DNA of 61,591 nucleotides, filler included, from Choristocarpus tenellus KU-1152 (Eukaryota > Protista > Phaeophyceae), in the NCBI GenBank assembly GCA_964200185.2. It is 9 parts of 9 records of this genome, joined end to end, with 100 filler letters (N's around TTAATTAATTAA, not from the genome) between each part and the next. Parts side by side here need not be neighbours in the genome. Positions count along the whole stretch, not along the records: positions 1 to 9,962 come from CAXNAD020003239.1; positions 10,063 to 18,271 come from CAXNAD020004993.1; 7 more parts are not named here. One strand, given 5' to 3'. The notes below the pieces were generated by a model. That model was not told where the DNA came from and ran no database searches. It was given only the letters and a program-made list of their open reading frames with translations. Positions 1 through 13,500 of this stretch are shown here, in pieces. Each line of letters begins with the position of its first letter. Position 1 is the stretch's first letter. The position numbers and the translations under genes were made by a program.

Positions 1-83
1 TGTCGGATGGATATTGTAAATGCGCTTTTCCTGATTTTGCCCCAAATATAACCCCCCCCCCCCCCTCCCAGATATTTTGGGTC
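1..83 (-). mobile_element. MITE family A, partial
   Basis: Internal family-A sequence plus the terminal CCAGATATTTTGGGTC. Confidence 0.7.
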
Positions 84-149
84 TGGATTTCATTCACAGG
101 CAATCATACCAGTTCTTTCTATACGATAGTTCCCTTCTGAAGACCTAGT

Positions 150-1570
150 GAAAATAATTGGCCAAGACTGGGTAACCTGGAGCAGAACAATATCCCCCAC
201 ACCTGCCTCGGAGAATCACATTCTGGTAGCTCATGATGCCAGGATCACGAGGAGGGCTCAACATGAGATCACTCGCCTCCTGAACAGGATCCATTTTGAC
301 TCCTTCTGGACACAACTAGCCATCTTACCAAGTGAAGTTCAATAAGGGAAGGAAAGACCCAATGTATCTGGGAGGGGGGGGGGGAGGTCTACACCAGGTT
401 GTCCATTTGGGCCATAACCAGGAAAAGTGCATTACATTGTCCATCCAACGTATGCAACCAAATCATCCAAAAATCGCGACATGGAAGAAATTGGACCCAA
501 GACAGCCGCCATCCCCCCAGATACGTTGAGCCGAAACCTCCCCACTAGACCTAGGACCCCACCGGTGCCAGTGTAGACAAGGGGTAAATGCATGTGCCTC
601 TACGCAACCCCCTGAGTCGGCATGCCAGATCCCCCCCGCAGAGTTTAAACTCACCACCAGCAGATCCCTAGGGAGGGAGGAGGCCCTGTCAAACAGGTGC
701 CCAGTGCCTGGGTGCAGGAGGCAAAAAGTCGACACCAGACGCCCATATCCCCCCTAGGGCAGGAGGCCAGGTGCGACAACACACCCCAATGGTGAAACGA
801 CTAAGCCAACTAAGCAAGGGAATGGGCATCCCTTGCACTATGGAGGATGGTAGCCCCTTCACTGTAGACAGGAATTTCCACATGGATCTAGTCTTACATG
901 CAGGAGCACTTGTGGATGCCAGATCAGCCACTACTAGGACAAAGGCCTGCTGCTAGATGTTTCATTTGCAGAAGTGCAGTCAACCTCCCACCTTCCACAC
1001 TCATCCACCAGCAATGGCATAGCTGCAGCTGTAGCTGAGGCGCAAAAACGCACACACTATGAGGGCTCTTTTGATCCTCGTAGTTATAACCTCAACACCT
1101 TCGTGGTGGAAGGTTCTGGGCACCTCGCACCTCGGCAACCAAGCGGAACGTTTTCTGAATGAGCTGGCTACACGCGCAGTAGGGGGGAGAGCAACTGGAG
1201 GCTATGGCAGGAAAGGGGCGGCCAAATCCCGTCTAGGACAAATAGTCTCAGCAACAACGCAGGTAGCCCTGTCTAGATGTGTCATGCATTTTAAGCTGGA
1301 GTCACCAGGGAGATGGGCAAGGAGGAGTTGGATTCTTGAGATGCTTCCCTAGTTCCTCACCCTGAGGTGCAGGAATAGGTACATTGGAGACGCAGGAAGG
1401 TCGTGGTACAACATAGATAGTAGTGAAATAACAAATAGATTAGTGTTTTTCACATTTATGATCACTTTTACTTGTTTAGGGATTTTTCTGACATATGAAT
1501 AGTTCTTCCTTTTGTTTTTCCCCTGACACATCTGCAAAATGTCAGAGGGCATAATAATACAATAGTTACT
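150..1570 (+). mobile_element. Degenerate non-LTR retrotransposon 3' end (CRE/R2-like, restriction-like endonuclease clade)
   Basis: Frameshifted translation gives CPVPGC..R..H (Zn finger), HTPMVKRL, FHMDLV, LLLDVS, AEAQKRTHY, FVVEGSG, FLNELA and VSATTQVALSR, the typical Zn-finger + PD-(D/E)xK C-terminus. It ends in an ATAAT-rich tail. Confidence 0.7.
356..532 (+). mobile_element. MITE family A (177 bp) inserted in the LINE remnant, 4-bp TSD GAAA
   Basis: TIRs GACCCAATGTATCTGG...CCAGATACGTTGAGCC; GAAA at 352-355 and 533-536. Confidence 0.85.
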
Positions 1571-1577
1571 GCGGAAA

Positions 1578-2000
1578 GTTTTCTGGATGAGCTAGCTATG
1601 CACGCGGTAGGGGGGAGAGGGACAGGAGGTTATAGCAGGAAAGGGGCGGTCAAATCCCACCTACGACAAATAGTCTTAGCAACAATGCAGGTGGCCCTAT
1701 CTAGACGTGCCATGCATTTTAAGCTGGAGACACCAGGGAGATGGGCAAGGAGGGGCTTGTTAGATTCTTGTGATGCTTCCCTGGCTCCTCACCCTAGGGT
1801 GCAGGACTAAGCTAGGTTAGAGGCACAGGAGGCAAGTGGTGCAAGCATTGCTGGTAGTAAAATAGTAAATAGGTTCTTGTCTTCCACCTTTACGACAACT
1901 GCTACTTGTTTAGGGGATATTCTGACATTTATATTGTTTTCTTTGTTTTCCACTGACACGCCTGGAAAATGTCAGAGGGCATAATAAAAAAATAGTTACT
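1578..2000 (+). mobile_element. Second, tandem copy of the same LINE 3' end
   Basis: Diverged direct repeat of ~1150-1570 (GGYSRKGAVKSHLRQIVLATMQVALSRR); both copies end in aaaatgtcagagggcataata...atagttact. Confidence 0.75.
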
Positions 2001-3555
2001 GTAACTACTACTGTTAATTTCACAATATTGGACAATACTTACATGTGTACTGGCTAAAATGATATCCTCCAATATGATGAATCAGAGTGGGGGGTGGTCA
2101 CCAAAGGGTTCCACCTGAAGAGTGGACCCTGTTGGGCCCTGCAATGCTGGCAATCCATCAAGCACAACCCTAGCGCGATTCAAAATGAAGAGTCCTTCCA
2201 TATGGTAGTTGATACAATCTTGTAATAGGTAAACACAACTTGCTACAACATAATTGACGTAATTTTGAGATGAAAAATAAGAGATGGTTGGCCCACATGG
2301 AAGTGGGTACATCATCTCTATAGGGATAACAAAATCAGTCATTAAGACAAAACCAATCCGTAAGGAGAGTGGGTTGAAGGTGGAAGTTGAAGATTCGGTG
2401 TTCTGATTTTGAATCGACTACGAATGTCGGGTTTTGTACAGGTTGGGGAATGTACCTTCACGTATTACCTCCACTGAAATGAAATTAAGGTGTCTTGACA
2501 TCTCTATATCATTTTGTGGGCTGACTTTTGCAGAGGATGCTCATATTTCTGCTTACTACAGAGTACGTAGTAGTATAAAAAAAGTATATCATGGAATTGA
2601 ATGCCAGTGCAGACATGAGATTGATTCCATGAACAAGTATTCTTGTGAACGTAGTTTAGGAAGTTGTGTTACAGTTATTTGCTTTTTGATGTTGAGAAAA
2701 ATATACTCCGAGTACAAAATATTCCAGCTGATTCAGCTTGTGCCATCGCCTGCCTAATTGGTACAAGCCCCTCAACACCAACCCAACCCATGTCTACTGA
2801 CACAATCTGTTGCAGGCAAGATGGGATCATTACCTCATCCACATACCACACTCACATCAAGTCAATGAACATATTACACATGGGCTTCAGCCACAACTCG
2901 GTGACTATCGGAATCAGGCTTAGGACTAAGATCTGTGCAACTTGGACAAGTACCATAGTGTGATTCCACTATTGATGTTTGGGACGTGATGAGTCTTTAC
3001 TAAGTTTGTCTCCAATTTGAACAAGCTTCATTAAAGCCGCATAGGTGTTGTCGCTGTGGGTGTTCACTTTCACACTTTTAGTGATTGTTCTTCTCCTTCC
3101 CTCATGTGGTTTGCAAAAAATGGTTGGAACCCTCCTGAATATGCACAGCTTCTTCCCATTTAGATTCTTGTATGGTTGGTCCTCCTCCATCAGTGCGAAA
3201 TTAATTGATAAAAACAAGAGGCCTATTCTGCTGGCAAAGTATTATAGTTACTTTCACGTACACTCAGGTTAGCAATCCAATCACTCGCACGACCTCCCTC
3301 ACAGGGTATTGCTTGTTTCATGGTAATGCCTTATTACACTCGCGCAAATATATACAGAAACCATTACTCAAAATGTACATCAATGTATGTAATTCCAGAA
3401 CACAGCACATTACCTAAACCCTACTTTTTCTGCTTTAAAGCACTCTGAATATAGCTCGGAGTATATTTAGAAAGAAAAATATCTACTGCATACACGATAT
3501 ATACTTCACTCTAATAATACTTGACTGCTTGCCAATCAATGTACTTCCTACCTTT

Positions 3556-3733
3556 GACTCAAAGTATCTGCAGGGGGAATGTTCTACACCATGGTGTACA
3601 TTCGCATTATAACCAGGAGAAGTGAACTTACATTATCCATCCGACGCATGCAACCAAATGAACCAAAAATATCGACATGGAAAAATGGACCCCAAATGAA
3701 CAGCCGCCACCCCCCCCCCCCCAGATATTTTTT
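3556..3733 (+). mobile_element. MITE family A
   Basis: Starts GACTCAAAGTATCTG; conserved core acttacattatccatccgacgcatgcaaccaaat; right TIR eroded. Confidence 0.8.
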
Positions 3734-3749
3734 CAATTGATCCTTAATC

Positions 3750-4700
3750 TTTCAGTGGGAAGGTGTACCAGTGGAGGGGGTACACGCAACAATAAGCTTC
3801 CCATCTTAGGCAGAAAACCACAGCAATAACATGTAAACCATACCACAAAGCAACACCCAATCTCAACTTAATCTCACAAGAGATGGGCAGTCCAGTTGTG
3901 ATGTTACAGGCACATGTAACACATTTGACTGCACACATTCCCATTGAGCACTATCAGTTTTGCAGGATAATGGTTGCATAATCGTGGGTTCTATAATCTT
4001 GCATATATTGCACAAAAAATGTGATTCAACAACTGTTTGTGTTTGGCAAGTACTCGTCCGTAAATCCTGTGATCATTGCCCTAATCCAAAATAAGTGTCA
4101 AGACCTGAGGGTCAAGGTGCCATTCACAAAATGAGAGCACCCTCTCTTACGAAAAAACGAGCTGTCTATCAGTCCAGTTGCATGGCTTGTTTTTCAAGGC
4201 CTGAATCTCTTTGTTGGTGGATCACTACTACTTGGTGTATTAGTAGATGCCTGAATACAAGAACATACCAGCAGGAGGGAATAAAGGGTTCGAGGGAGAA
4301 CGAGGGAGAATAGAGGTAGCCAATAAGAATGGTCGAGAGGTTATAGAATGAATGAGGGGCTAGAGATAGAGATGATGTCTGGGTAGGTTGTAGGCCCATA
4401 AACTAAAGGTATTTGCTTTGGAGAGTAGATGAAGCCAAATATGGAGCTAGGAGGTGTAAAGGGGATAAGATACGCCACATCCCACAGAGGGCGCTATGCT
4501 TCTTGCCCTGGGACTGCTTGTGCCTATGGTAATGTTGGGAACTGTCTAAAGGATATTGAGAGCACCAGGCAAGAATGCTAGAGGTGAGAGACAAGGAGAT
4601 AATAGTATATATACAGATTGTCGAGAAAAGCTGCAAGAGAAACAACATTAAAGACAGACACTCCAAGCGTGGTATGATTTTATGTTGAACCTTTTCAGGG
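3750..4700 (-). mobile_element. Highly degenerate Ty1/Copia gag-pre-integrase/integrase remnant
   Basis: Broken minus-strand frames give LYSPSFS, TDSAQ and VPVTSQLDC..DWVLLCGMVYMLL, resembling the Copia integrase core; many stops. Confidence 0.35.
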
Positions 4701-4817
4701 ACAGACCCTTAGCAGGATATGGAATAGAACTCCACAGTTTCGTCTTTAACCTTTAATAGCAGCACAGTACTTTCAAACCTACGAATCATCTATGTAACAT
4801 GTTTGATACGAGCACGG

Positions 4818-5548
4818 ACCTGCGAGCCTGAAGTGTCCATCGCTCCCAATCCATCAGCCGAGTCGTCCACCCCCCTAACCACCATTTTTTTCACTCCATC
4901 AAAATTGCTACCAGTTCCGGAAGATATGGGAACACTCTTCGATCCCTCTAATGAACATTCTCTCTTCTGCTCCCGATGTCGCTCGATTAGCTCTGTCAAG
5001 AAGGTGTCACTGTCAGCCTTGGCATTCTGGTAACGGAGTGAAGGGGAGGTTGGTGTTGGAGCCAGCATTTTAACATACTGGGGTCATCAAAATTCCTACT
5101 GAGTAGACAAAAGACATATGCCAACATCGTTTGTCACTGGAGGCATCTCGAAATTGAGCTAGGTACCCTTGCACTCCACAATACCAGATGTTTACAGCAA
5201 CCACGAGATGATTGAAGTCAAGACAGAGAACAGCGCCCCAACAAAGATTCATCGAACAAACCTCAAGATGAAATTTTTCACCTGCAATGCCTGTATCAAC
5301 TCGCCGTGAACACCACCCGACTTCAGCGGAGGAAGATCTCCGTGATCATGTCTTCCAGTGTAGGTGTAATCGAATCTCCCAGTCACTTGCTTCTCCTTAC
5401 TCTCATCCTGGGTGGTTACGGTGGGTGATACAAGGAGTGAAGCCTTGGTTGGTTTCGTATCTGAGACGAACTGATGGACTACCTCGCCTCGTACATGGAA
5501 GGTGGACTTAACACCAACTCTGGACATCGCCTTCAAAATAACTACCAA
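4818..5548 (-). pseudogene. Distant, decayed member of the orphan protein family (see 26960 and 47990), plus a probable downstream exon
   Basis: STFHVRGEVVHQFVSD aligns with AQYRVQTQILT*GIYD, VHGELIQALQVKNFILRFV with LHPKHVEALQAKKAIFLSLV, and WGA..FNHLVV with WNA..LNLWHLLV. Frameshift near 5250; AG/GT-bounded exon NAKADSDTF...GSQ at ~4820-5026. Confidence 0.45.
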
Positions 5549-7639
5549 TAATGATTATCCCAAACACTTCTAATATAGTTATTATATATACTTACACTAC
5601 TTAATGCCCAAGGCCTTCCCAGATATATGAACAACTGGACCATTTCGAATCCTATTTTTCGAAATCTGATCACCAAATATTTTCTCGGGACTCCAAAACA
5701 ATGCTCCTATCTTTCTAACAAAGGTACTTTCAGTGCATCAACTCGGTTCAGAACTCCTGTGACACTGGTAGTTATTGTAAGATGCTGCCAACCTTGTAGT
5801 ATTTTTAAAGTCTATTGACAAGGTGATAAGTTGGAGTTGCATCCACTCTCTACCTCCTTGCCTTGATGGTACAACCCAGCATGGGGACAAATGCTGCTGT
5901 TTCAGGGGTGATTCCATCATGTGGGGTGAGTCTGTGATGTTATTAGTGGAATTGATGTTTTCGTCCGTCACGGTTGAACTCGTGATATAATATGAAGCAT
6001 GACAATAGCATGGAGGAATGCTGATACATTGAGTTTTCAAGTCCATAGTCTCTACGAACCCTCCCAGTAAGATGGTGAACATATAGAATCCATTTTATGG
6101 ATAGTAGAAATCCCCCTTAGTCTGCCTTTTCTCTAGGGTTGGTAACTGCTAAAGGTAGGTACTATCAACCCACTCACCTGCATTTTGCTATCGTTGCAAC
6201 ATATGATTGTACATCGGACGAACGAAGCGACAGTAGTCATATTTTGTGTAGGACTGGTACCCCCAGCCCGGTTGCCCACTTTACCACACAAATACCTCAC
6301 CAATGTACTGTTCTGAGTGTCCAGACCTGTGTCACTTACTTGCATTGACGGCGACATTGCCTTCCTGTTATTGCCCCCAAAGTTCGCCCTTTGTTAGTGC
6401 ACACACGCAGCTCAACCCCTCTCTTCACCTCAGGACTCATCACCGTTGTCATCGAAGGGCTCCCTTAACTTCTGCGTTCATCTGCCGACACATGACTCAT
6501 CTTCTCCCTTGCATCCTTTAAACCTGATCCGTCAGCTGTTTTGAGCAAGCTGCCCACAATACTATTACCCTGCTCCCTTGAAGCAACTGGCTCTATCAAT
6601 TTCTGTATGCATCTGCCAACACATGACTCAAATGCTTCCTGCTCAATTTATGCAAGCTTGCCACAATAGAACAGTGCTACACTGTACCCTTGACACCCTG
6701 CAACCCTCCTACCCCCCTGTTGATCAGCTGTACTGGGTTTGCATTGATGCCGAGGTTCGCGTCTACCGAATGGATTGCTACTCCCACCAGTGTTCCAGCT
6801 CACATGATATGGGACTCCCTTTGCAAGCTCACTTCCTTTTCCAAACCTCCACTGGAAGGCCACTTCTTACTCGGGACTTGAGCATCGCCTATCCTGATGG
6901 AAACCTGGTGCTTGTGTGCCTTGCATCTGCTCAAGGCCTCCTTTCAGAAGTGAGGATACCCCAAACTATACCAAGGCCCCACTGTACAGAGCAGGAGCAC
7001 TAACTGGACAGCATCAACCTTAACCATATTCACTTGCATACTCTCTTGTGAGAATGAACCCTGTCACTCATCCTCACAAGTCAAACTCCTTCCCCTTCAC
7101 TCCCTGTAGATGAGGTTCAATTGACTCTCCTCATCCCCATTCCCACGTGTATCCCCCTCTAGGCTCATAACCACAATGCCAATGGCTGCATGTCCATCAT
7201 ACCCCCTCCCCGCACACACACACCTTCCCCAAAGATGCACTGCCTTGATCCATGGACAGGTACAAGGCTCCTGGTTGTAGATTGCCTTCCTATCATGCTG
7301 ACACACCTGGTAATGGTCTACCCAACAAAAGAGGATGGGTGCTGGGAGGAAGAAGAGCAGTGGCACGCTATGCATACACAACATTCTAGTGAGGCGCAGC
7401 GTGGCAATTTCAGTAATGGCACTCGTGGTGGAACTGCATTAACTGTGGCAGTGGCGGGTATTGGTGGAGGCGTTAACTGCTTGGGATTGGAGGTTTGTTT
7501 TATGGCTGTGTGTGTGTGTTTGCTTTTGTGCATGAATGTGCTCAAAGCACTCAAACACTACCCTATCCCCTACTCTATCCCTGATCGTATTCCTGCGGAG
7601 GGTGATCTACTAAGGATCCTAATGTCCCTGACTCTTTAG

Positions 7640-8065
7640 CGATTGCTGGGGATTGTTACGCTCATAGGGTGCATTGCAACCCTCTGATTGCCTATTGAAG
7701 TCCTGGTTCTTGTTCATGGGTGCTCGGGTACCTTGATACTCCGATTTCCTCTTTATGAGCATATGACGGTTTCATTATGTGACAGTTTCAACGTGAAGCT
7801 AGCCCCTCTCACACAGCAGTATTCTCTGTACCATTGTTGACCCAATTTCATTTCTTGACATGTACCTTACTACTACCAATGTGCAGCGGCATTTGACAGT
7901 CTCAGGTTGGAGTAAGGTGTAGCCCTAACTTAAAACCTTTCGACAACAGCAAATTCCACTACTAATACATCTTGTGTGATATTAAATGGCACTACTGCTG
8001 GAGATTGCATGGTATAGTGATGGAGTTTACATACAAAAATCGACATGAATCTCCACTGTCAGTGG
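7640..8065 (+). mobile_element. Possible Copia RT/RNase H remnant
   Basis: Fragments HFLTCT and AWYSDG..QKST*IST resemble the LFL..TRPDI / W.S..Q..ST motifs; heavily decayed. Confidence 0.3.
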
Positions 8066-8333
8066 TCTGATGATATTTTATGTGTGGATAGTCGCACCTA
8101 CAAGGTCATCAAGCAACAAAGCAACCACTTTAGGGTACCAAAGGTCCACCTACACGTGCCTGCCTTCTTCCCCCCCCCCCAAACATGTTGACACCCATTC
8201 CCCCCAAGTGGTCAGCCATGATTTTTCTAACCTAGTCCTCCACCTACTCTTCACTGCTACCTCCCCTCTTCATATCAAGCCCCCCCCCCAAAAAATAAAA
8301 GAACTCTTTGTGATACTATTCCTATTGTTTCAG

Positions 8334-9803
8334 ATAAATTTTCGGAGTGACTTAGTACGTTGTGCCAGGGGTAAGGGCAGTACACCTGGTAGGAGGGTTA
8401 CTGCCACTAATATGCATCCCTACAATAGGCAACCCCGTGTGATGAGGGAGGGGGTGCCAGTTACGGCATTGGCATCATTGTGGTTGCAAGAGGGGTCATC
8501 CTTGAAAAAATCGTGTCCGGGGGGAGGGGAAAGGGACTGTGCTGGGGGCAAGACAAAGACCAGTGCAGGTTCCAGAGCAGGGGCAATGAGAAATACCTCT
8601 GTGGGTGCATTGGTAGGGTGTGGAATGCTGGGGGTGGGGTGGGAAGATGGCATGTGGTCTGTGGCACCCTGTGTTGATCCTGTAGACCTTGGTAGCGATG
8701 GTGTTTGTAAAGTCAAACCAGGTGATGAAGTTGATACTGGAGCCATTTCTTATGCTGGGTTCAATCTGTTGGGTACATCTGCTGGCTTGGGGGCTGTTTT
8801 ATCCATAACTAAACAGGTGTTTTCCCCTCAGCAATGTAGACAGCAAAGCTTGCACTTGTGGGTTAGTGCCACAAAAGGGTTTGCACTGTACGAGTCATGT
8901 TTACAATGGACACCTGTTGCCAAAGCCAACCCCCCGGTTCTCCGACACCTGGAGAGGCATTCCCTTATTGCTGGCACACGCCCCCAGTGCCTTTTTGTTG
9001 TCCCCACTGGGCCCTCGCCTCTGAGAGGGCTGGCTCCTCCCCGTCCCCCAGTCCAGCTAACCATTTTTGCAGCACTAGAGGGGGATAAACATACCCCTGT
9101 ACTCCTTGTGCTCGATGCATTGGCTGCAGCTGGCAAGGGAACTGGTGGGGAAATTTCTGATATTAGCCCTGGGGCAGGGGCTAGGGCACACGTCAGAATC
9201 AGAGTCCGAAGCGGAAGCAACAGGGTTAGTGGTGGTGGTGGGGAGACCAAAGCAGACTTGAGGGGCTACAGAGCTGGTCGTATCTCCATGGAGGAGGATG
9301 GTGGAAAAGGGTTAGGGAAAAGGCAGCAATTTTGTCGTTCCAGAGGGGGGGCAGAAGGACAGAGCGTTGCAGACTGTAAGGAGGGTTACCTTGTGACGAA
9401 ATGGCGGTGTTGGAGTCAATTAGAGGGTGGTCGTGAGGAAGTCAAGACAGGAGCAACGGCATGCGTGGCCAAGTTGCCCTTGTCCATGAGGTGCTGTCAG
9501 CGAGGGGTTGTTCCTGCTCTTCCACAGGCTGTCTGGGTTGACCCAGCTAGTGTGCAGCTCCTGGACTTGTGTGCTGGGTTTCCTCCCCAGTCAAGGGTAG
9601 ACCCTAGGCAAGTGAATGAGAGGGAGGGAAAGGGGCAGCTGGGTCTAAAGGTCAAGCTGCTCGCGTTTGAGGGGGGGCAGGTGAAGGCTGAAGGGGGTCT
9701 GCGCTGGGCTCGGGCTCGTCTGTGGGAAAACAAACACTGTGATGCTGTACTGTGTGTGAGGGAGGACATGAGGAGGATGGGTGTTGTGGCCTTCATGTGC
9801 GCG
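8334..9803 (+). CDS. Large internal exon of an unknown Gly-rich protein (partial gene)
   Basis: Lies within the 591-codon ORF 8070-9845; acceptor ttgtttcAG at 8332-33 and donor GTGCGT at 9804; no domain recognised. Confidence 0.6.
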
Positions 9804-9962
9804 GTGCGTAGTCCGTGCTTTGGGGAGGTTTTGGTATATTTGTAGGCATTTGATATGTCTGTGTGAGAGAGCCAGTGGATGTGGGTGTTTGGGGGGGGGG
9901 TATGTGGTGCGTTTTTTTTTTTTAATCTGCCTTTCTTCCCTTTTTTTACCAAAAATAGGGTT

Positions 9963-10062
9963 NNNNNNNNNNNNNNNNNNNNNNNNNNNNNNNNNNNNNN
10001 NNNNNNTTAATTAATTAANNNNNNNNNNNNNNNNNNNNNNNNNNNNNNNNNNNNNNNNNNNN
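9963..10062. other. Artificial contig linker N44-TTAATTAATTAA-N44 (also 18272-18371, 24532-24631, 36280-36379, 43430-43529, 46906-47005, 52392-52491, 55312-55411)
   Basis: Identical 100-nt spacer with stops in all six frames, repeated 8 times. Confidence 0.97.
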
Positions 10063-10097
<35 letters not shown>

Positions 10098-10573
10098 AGA
10101 TGCTTTGACCCACACAGTCAAACGTGTGCTTGAAAGCAAGATGGTCATGTAGGACCTAACTCGGATCAAGACCCTAGGACATAACATTTCATTCCACATC
10201 CTCCCTCTCCTTCTTATGTCCAAGTCATCCTACCCTCTAAGGTGTGAGGGGTGGCAGTGTGTTCCACAAGACGTACCCTCTACCCCTAAACACAACATCT
10301 GTTTTTGGTGGTGCATTATCTTGCCATTTGCTGAGGAACATACACACTCAAGACAACTGTTGAGTGGGCAACTCACGCCCTACGAAGACAGGGTGCTTGG
10401 GCTCAAAGTCTGTTATTTGAATATGGTTCCAATGTCTTGATCCCCTTGGTCTTTTTCAGTTGAGGCTCTAATTATGTGGTGTTTGCTATCCTCCTTCTAC
10501 TATGGCTGTTAATCCCTCACAAAATCACACTTTGAGCACGACCATACGTGCTGAACCCACCCCTCGGCCTTAC

Positions 10574-13500
10574 CATGGTTGCAGGCAGCATCTCTTGCTC
10601 AATTTGAAAATCCTTCATCAGTTGTTCAAAGCTGCTGTAGCGTGGTGTATCTCCAATCGGGGCAATCTGGTCCATTGTGTGTAAAGGAATAATACAATGG
10701 GTGAAAAATAAAATAAATTTTCTACAGGGAGGATTTGTCAATGCTATCCAACGCAATGGGTGTGTCAATATGTGGCAATAATTGTACTTTTCTCGCAGAA
10801 TGCTAAGTGTGGAGTAAGTTCCATGGGATAATTTTCTTAGAAAGGGTGTCGAGCCCTAAGGCATCAAGTTACATATAGCTGAGTGGATGCAGGAAATTGA
10901 GAGAGCTTGAAAATCTTTTCGATGGCTGGATTTGTCCTGGAATCAACTGTACAATCCAAAGCGTTATGTGTGTGTGTGTGTGTGTGTGTCTGTCTGTCTG
11001 TCTGTTAAAAAAATCAACTCTGCCAAAGTCACAGGACGATTCACAGGTCTTCACACCTTGGGTACAAAAGGTGGGATCATGTGTCGTTGACTGAGCTTGA
11101 GCCAATCAATACCCTCGAAGAAAGGGTGGGCCTTGAGCTAATTGTAGTTCATGTTCAGAGGAGCAAAGGAGAGAGGGAGTGGGAGTGGGAGTGGGAGATG
11201 GAGAGAGGGAGGGAGTGTGATTGGGGCAAGAAAGGGCGAGGCAAGATACCAGGCTGCTGTGTAGGCCAAATATAACAAAGAAGATGAAACGTGGTAAATG
11301 TGTTTTATAATTGCGGAGAAGTGCAGGACCTGAGGGACACTACAGAAACTTCCTCAGCCTTTTTGTTTTCTGCAGGAACATTTCCTGAAGGTTCGTCAGG
11401 GTTAGGGTTAGCGCCAACCCTCTCATGTTTACGTTCTGTATTATCTCACTCCGTAGAGGGCACTCGTGCCCCATAATTGTCCCATCAAAATATTCCCGAA
11501 GCAGAGAGGTTAGTCACCAAATCAACCACTGACATATTTTTTGTATCCATGAGGAATATCAAGAAAATGTGTGACGTCTCCTTTTTTTATGGTGTCCTGA
11601 GACCGAAGGTAACCTTGTCAAACTCTTCGGGAGTGCTGCCCAATCGCTCTGTCTCTTTTCCCTTCAGCAGTCCGACAATTACGCTGATGGCGGCTGGGTG
11701 CACAAAGTCCGGGAAGACGATCCCTTCGAGAAGTTTCTGCACAACAAACGTGTTTCGTTGCCAACGGAAAGGTTCAGGGGTGGGATAGTTTTAAGGAGAC
11801 CTGAGGAGGAACATCAGGTCTTCAACAAGCTCGTAGTTTTGTTGTGTGCGGAGATTGAAGCCAAAGAGGGATCATGTTTGGAGAAACGGAAAATGCTTCT
11901 ACTCCAATGGTTGGGCCCTCGTAGAGGTGCGAGATAGGAAGGCGCTCAGAGTCGACGGTCACTCGCGCCACAACCTGTAGGAGGGGATTTGGGTGTTGTA
12001 CAGGGTAGTACACACTAGGAGTATGGAAGGGGAAACAAAACAATTCCACCAATATTCAAGTTGCAATAGTGGACAGAAGAAATAAAGGGAAACTAAGATC
12101 CATACAAAAATAGTGTAGGAATAGTAATAACAATAAATAAAAAGCTGAGGAAGCAGGGGAGATTGCAGGTAAATTTCATCACATTGATGGCTCAACGTGG
12201 CATATACTTCTACAACTTCATTTGGCTAAAACAGTGCTTTTCGCGCTGTGCCCCCTTTGAACCGTTCCTTTCTAACAAAAAACCCGCCGTTGGCAACGTT
12301 CCGATTTACGTTCCAACCAACTGGAGAAGTAGACATTTTAGTCTTAGTTTCTGTGGGCGACAGCATGGCCACAACCCTTTTTGATTGATTACTCCTACTG
12401 AAAAATGGACTGCTTTGATGTGGTCCGTTATATGTATAGCAGTTATCTCCCGCTGGTGGGGCACAACAACTGTAAGAGTGGTACATGACAACGACTCGGA
12501 AGCAATATCGTCGCCAATATTTTTTTTGTTTTCTTGTTGGGAAAGGTCTTAGCCACCTCTTCTTCGAGTTTATGTTTTTTGTCACTTTAATTAAAAAAAA
12601 ATCGGAAAGAAATGATTCCTTTTCGGTCGCACTTAGGAGTCCATCCTTATACCTCAATCTTGACGTGACCCAATGGCATGTACTACTCTGGAGTGCTGTA
12701 TGTAATTTGAATAGGTGTTACGAAAAGTACCTAAATTCAGTCCTCCACAGTGCCGAGTGCTCACGCGTATGCATGCATGCGAATACCTCAACCCAAGATC
12801 ATTAAGACACATTTTAGGAGGGGGGTGGGTTTACGTCGTATTTAATGTAGTCAAGGCCCTGTGAACCTCTAGCGTTGTCCAAGAAGGCATTGAAGTCCTT
12901 CTTATTGAAGGGCCGACTCCCTGTCAACAGCTTATTGATTGTCACTCCCAGTGACCAGTAGTCCACCGCCTGAAGGAGGATTTATTTTTAACGTGTAAAC
13001 AAGGCAAGTGCGGTGAGATGGGAGGCGCAATCAGGGGGCATTCATGAACTACCCCAGAGGAGTAGAGGCAAGGGTGGAGCAACACAAGTTTCTATATTAA
13101 AAAAAAATCTATATTGTGCCCGCAGTATCCGTCCAGCTGGTAAAACCCCCCCCAGAGTAATGTAGTTTCACACTGTTGTTGTTTTGATTCGTTTTTATTT
13201 TTTTATTTCTTCTGAGATGATTCTGCTGTACATTGTGTGCCATGCCCTCTCCCAGCGTACAGGACTCTTTCTTGAAACACCACAACTCAGAAGCAGTAGA
13301 GCTCTGTACATTTTAAAATACGGGGAGGCCACTACCCCCTGACAGGTGCAGACCTCCACCTGGTGGCCGTACCAATACATGGCAGGAGGACATTACTCAC
13401 ATTGGAATATCCGATTCTCTCAGATCGTGCCTGCTTAGGTAGGATGACCATCTCTGGGGCCATATACCTGTGACGTAGATCCCAGAGCCCAGGTACATGG

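Noticed and set aside
10007-10018. Conserved TTAATTAATTAA palindrome repeated 8 times
   Set aside because: Always centred in an identical N-spacer; a concatenation artefact.
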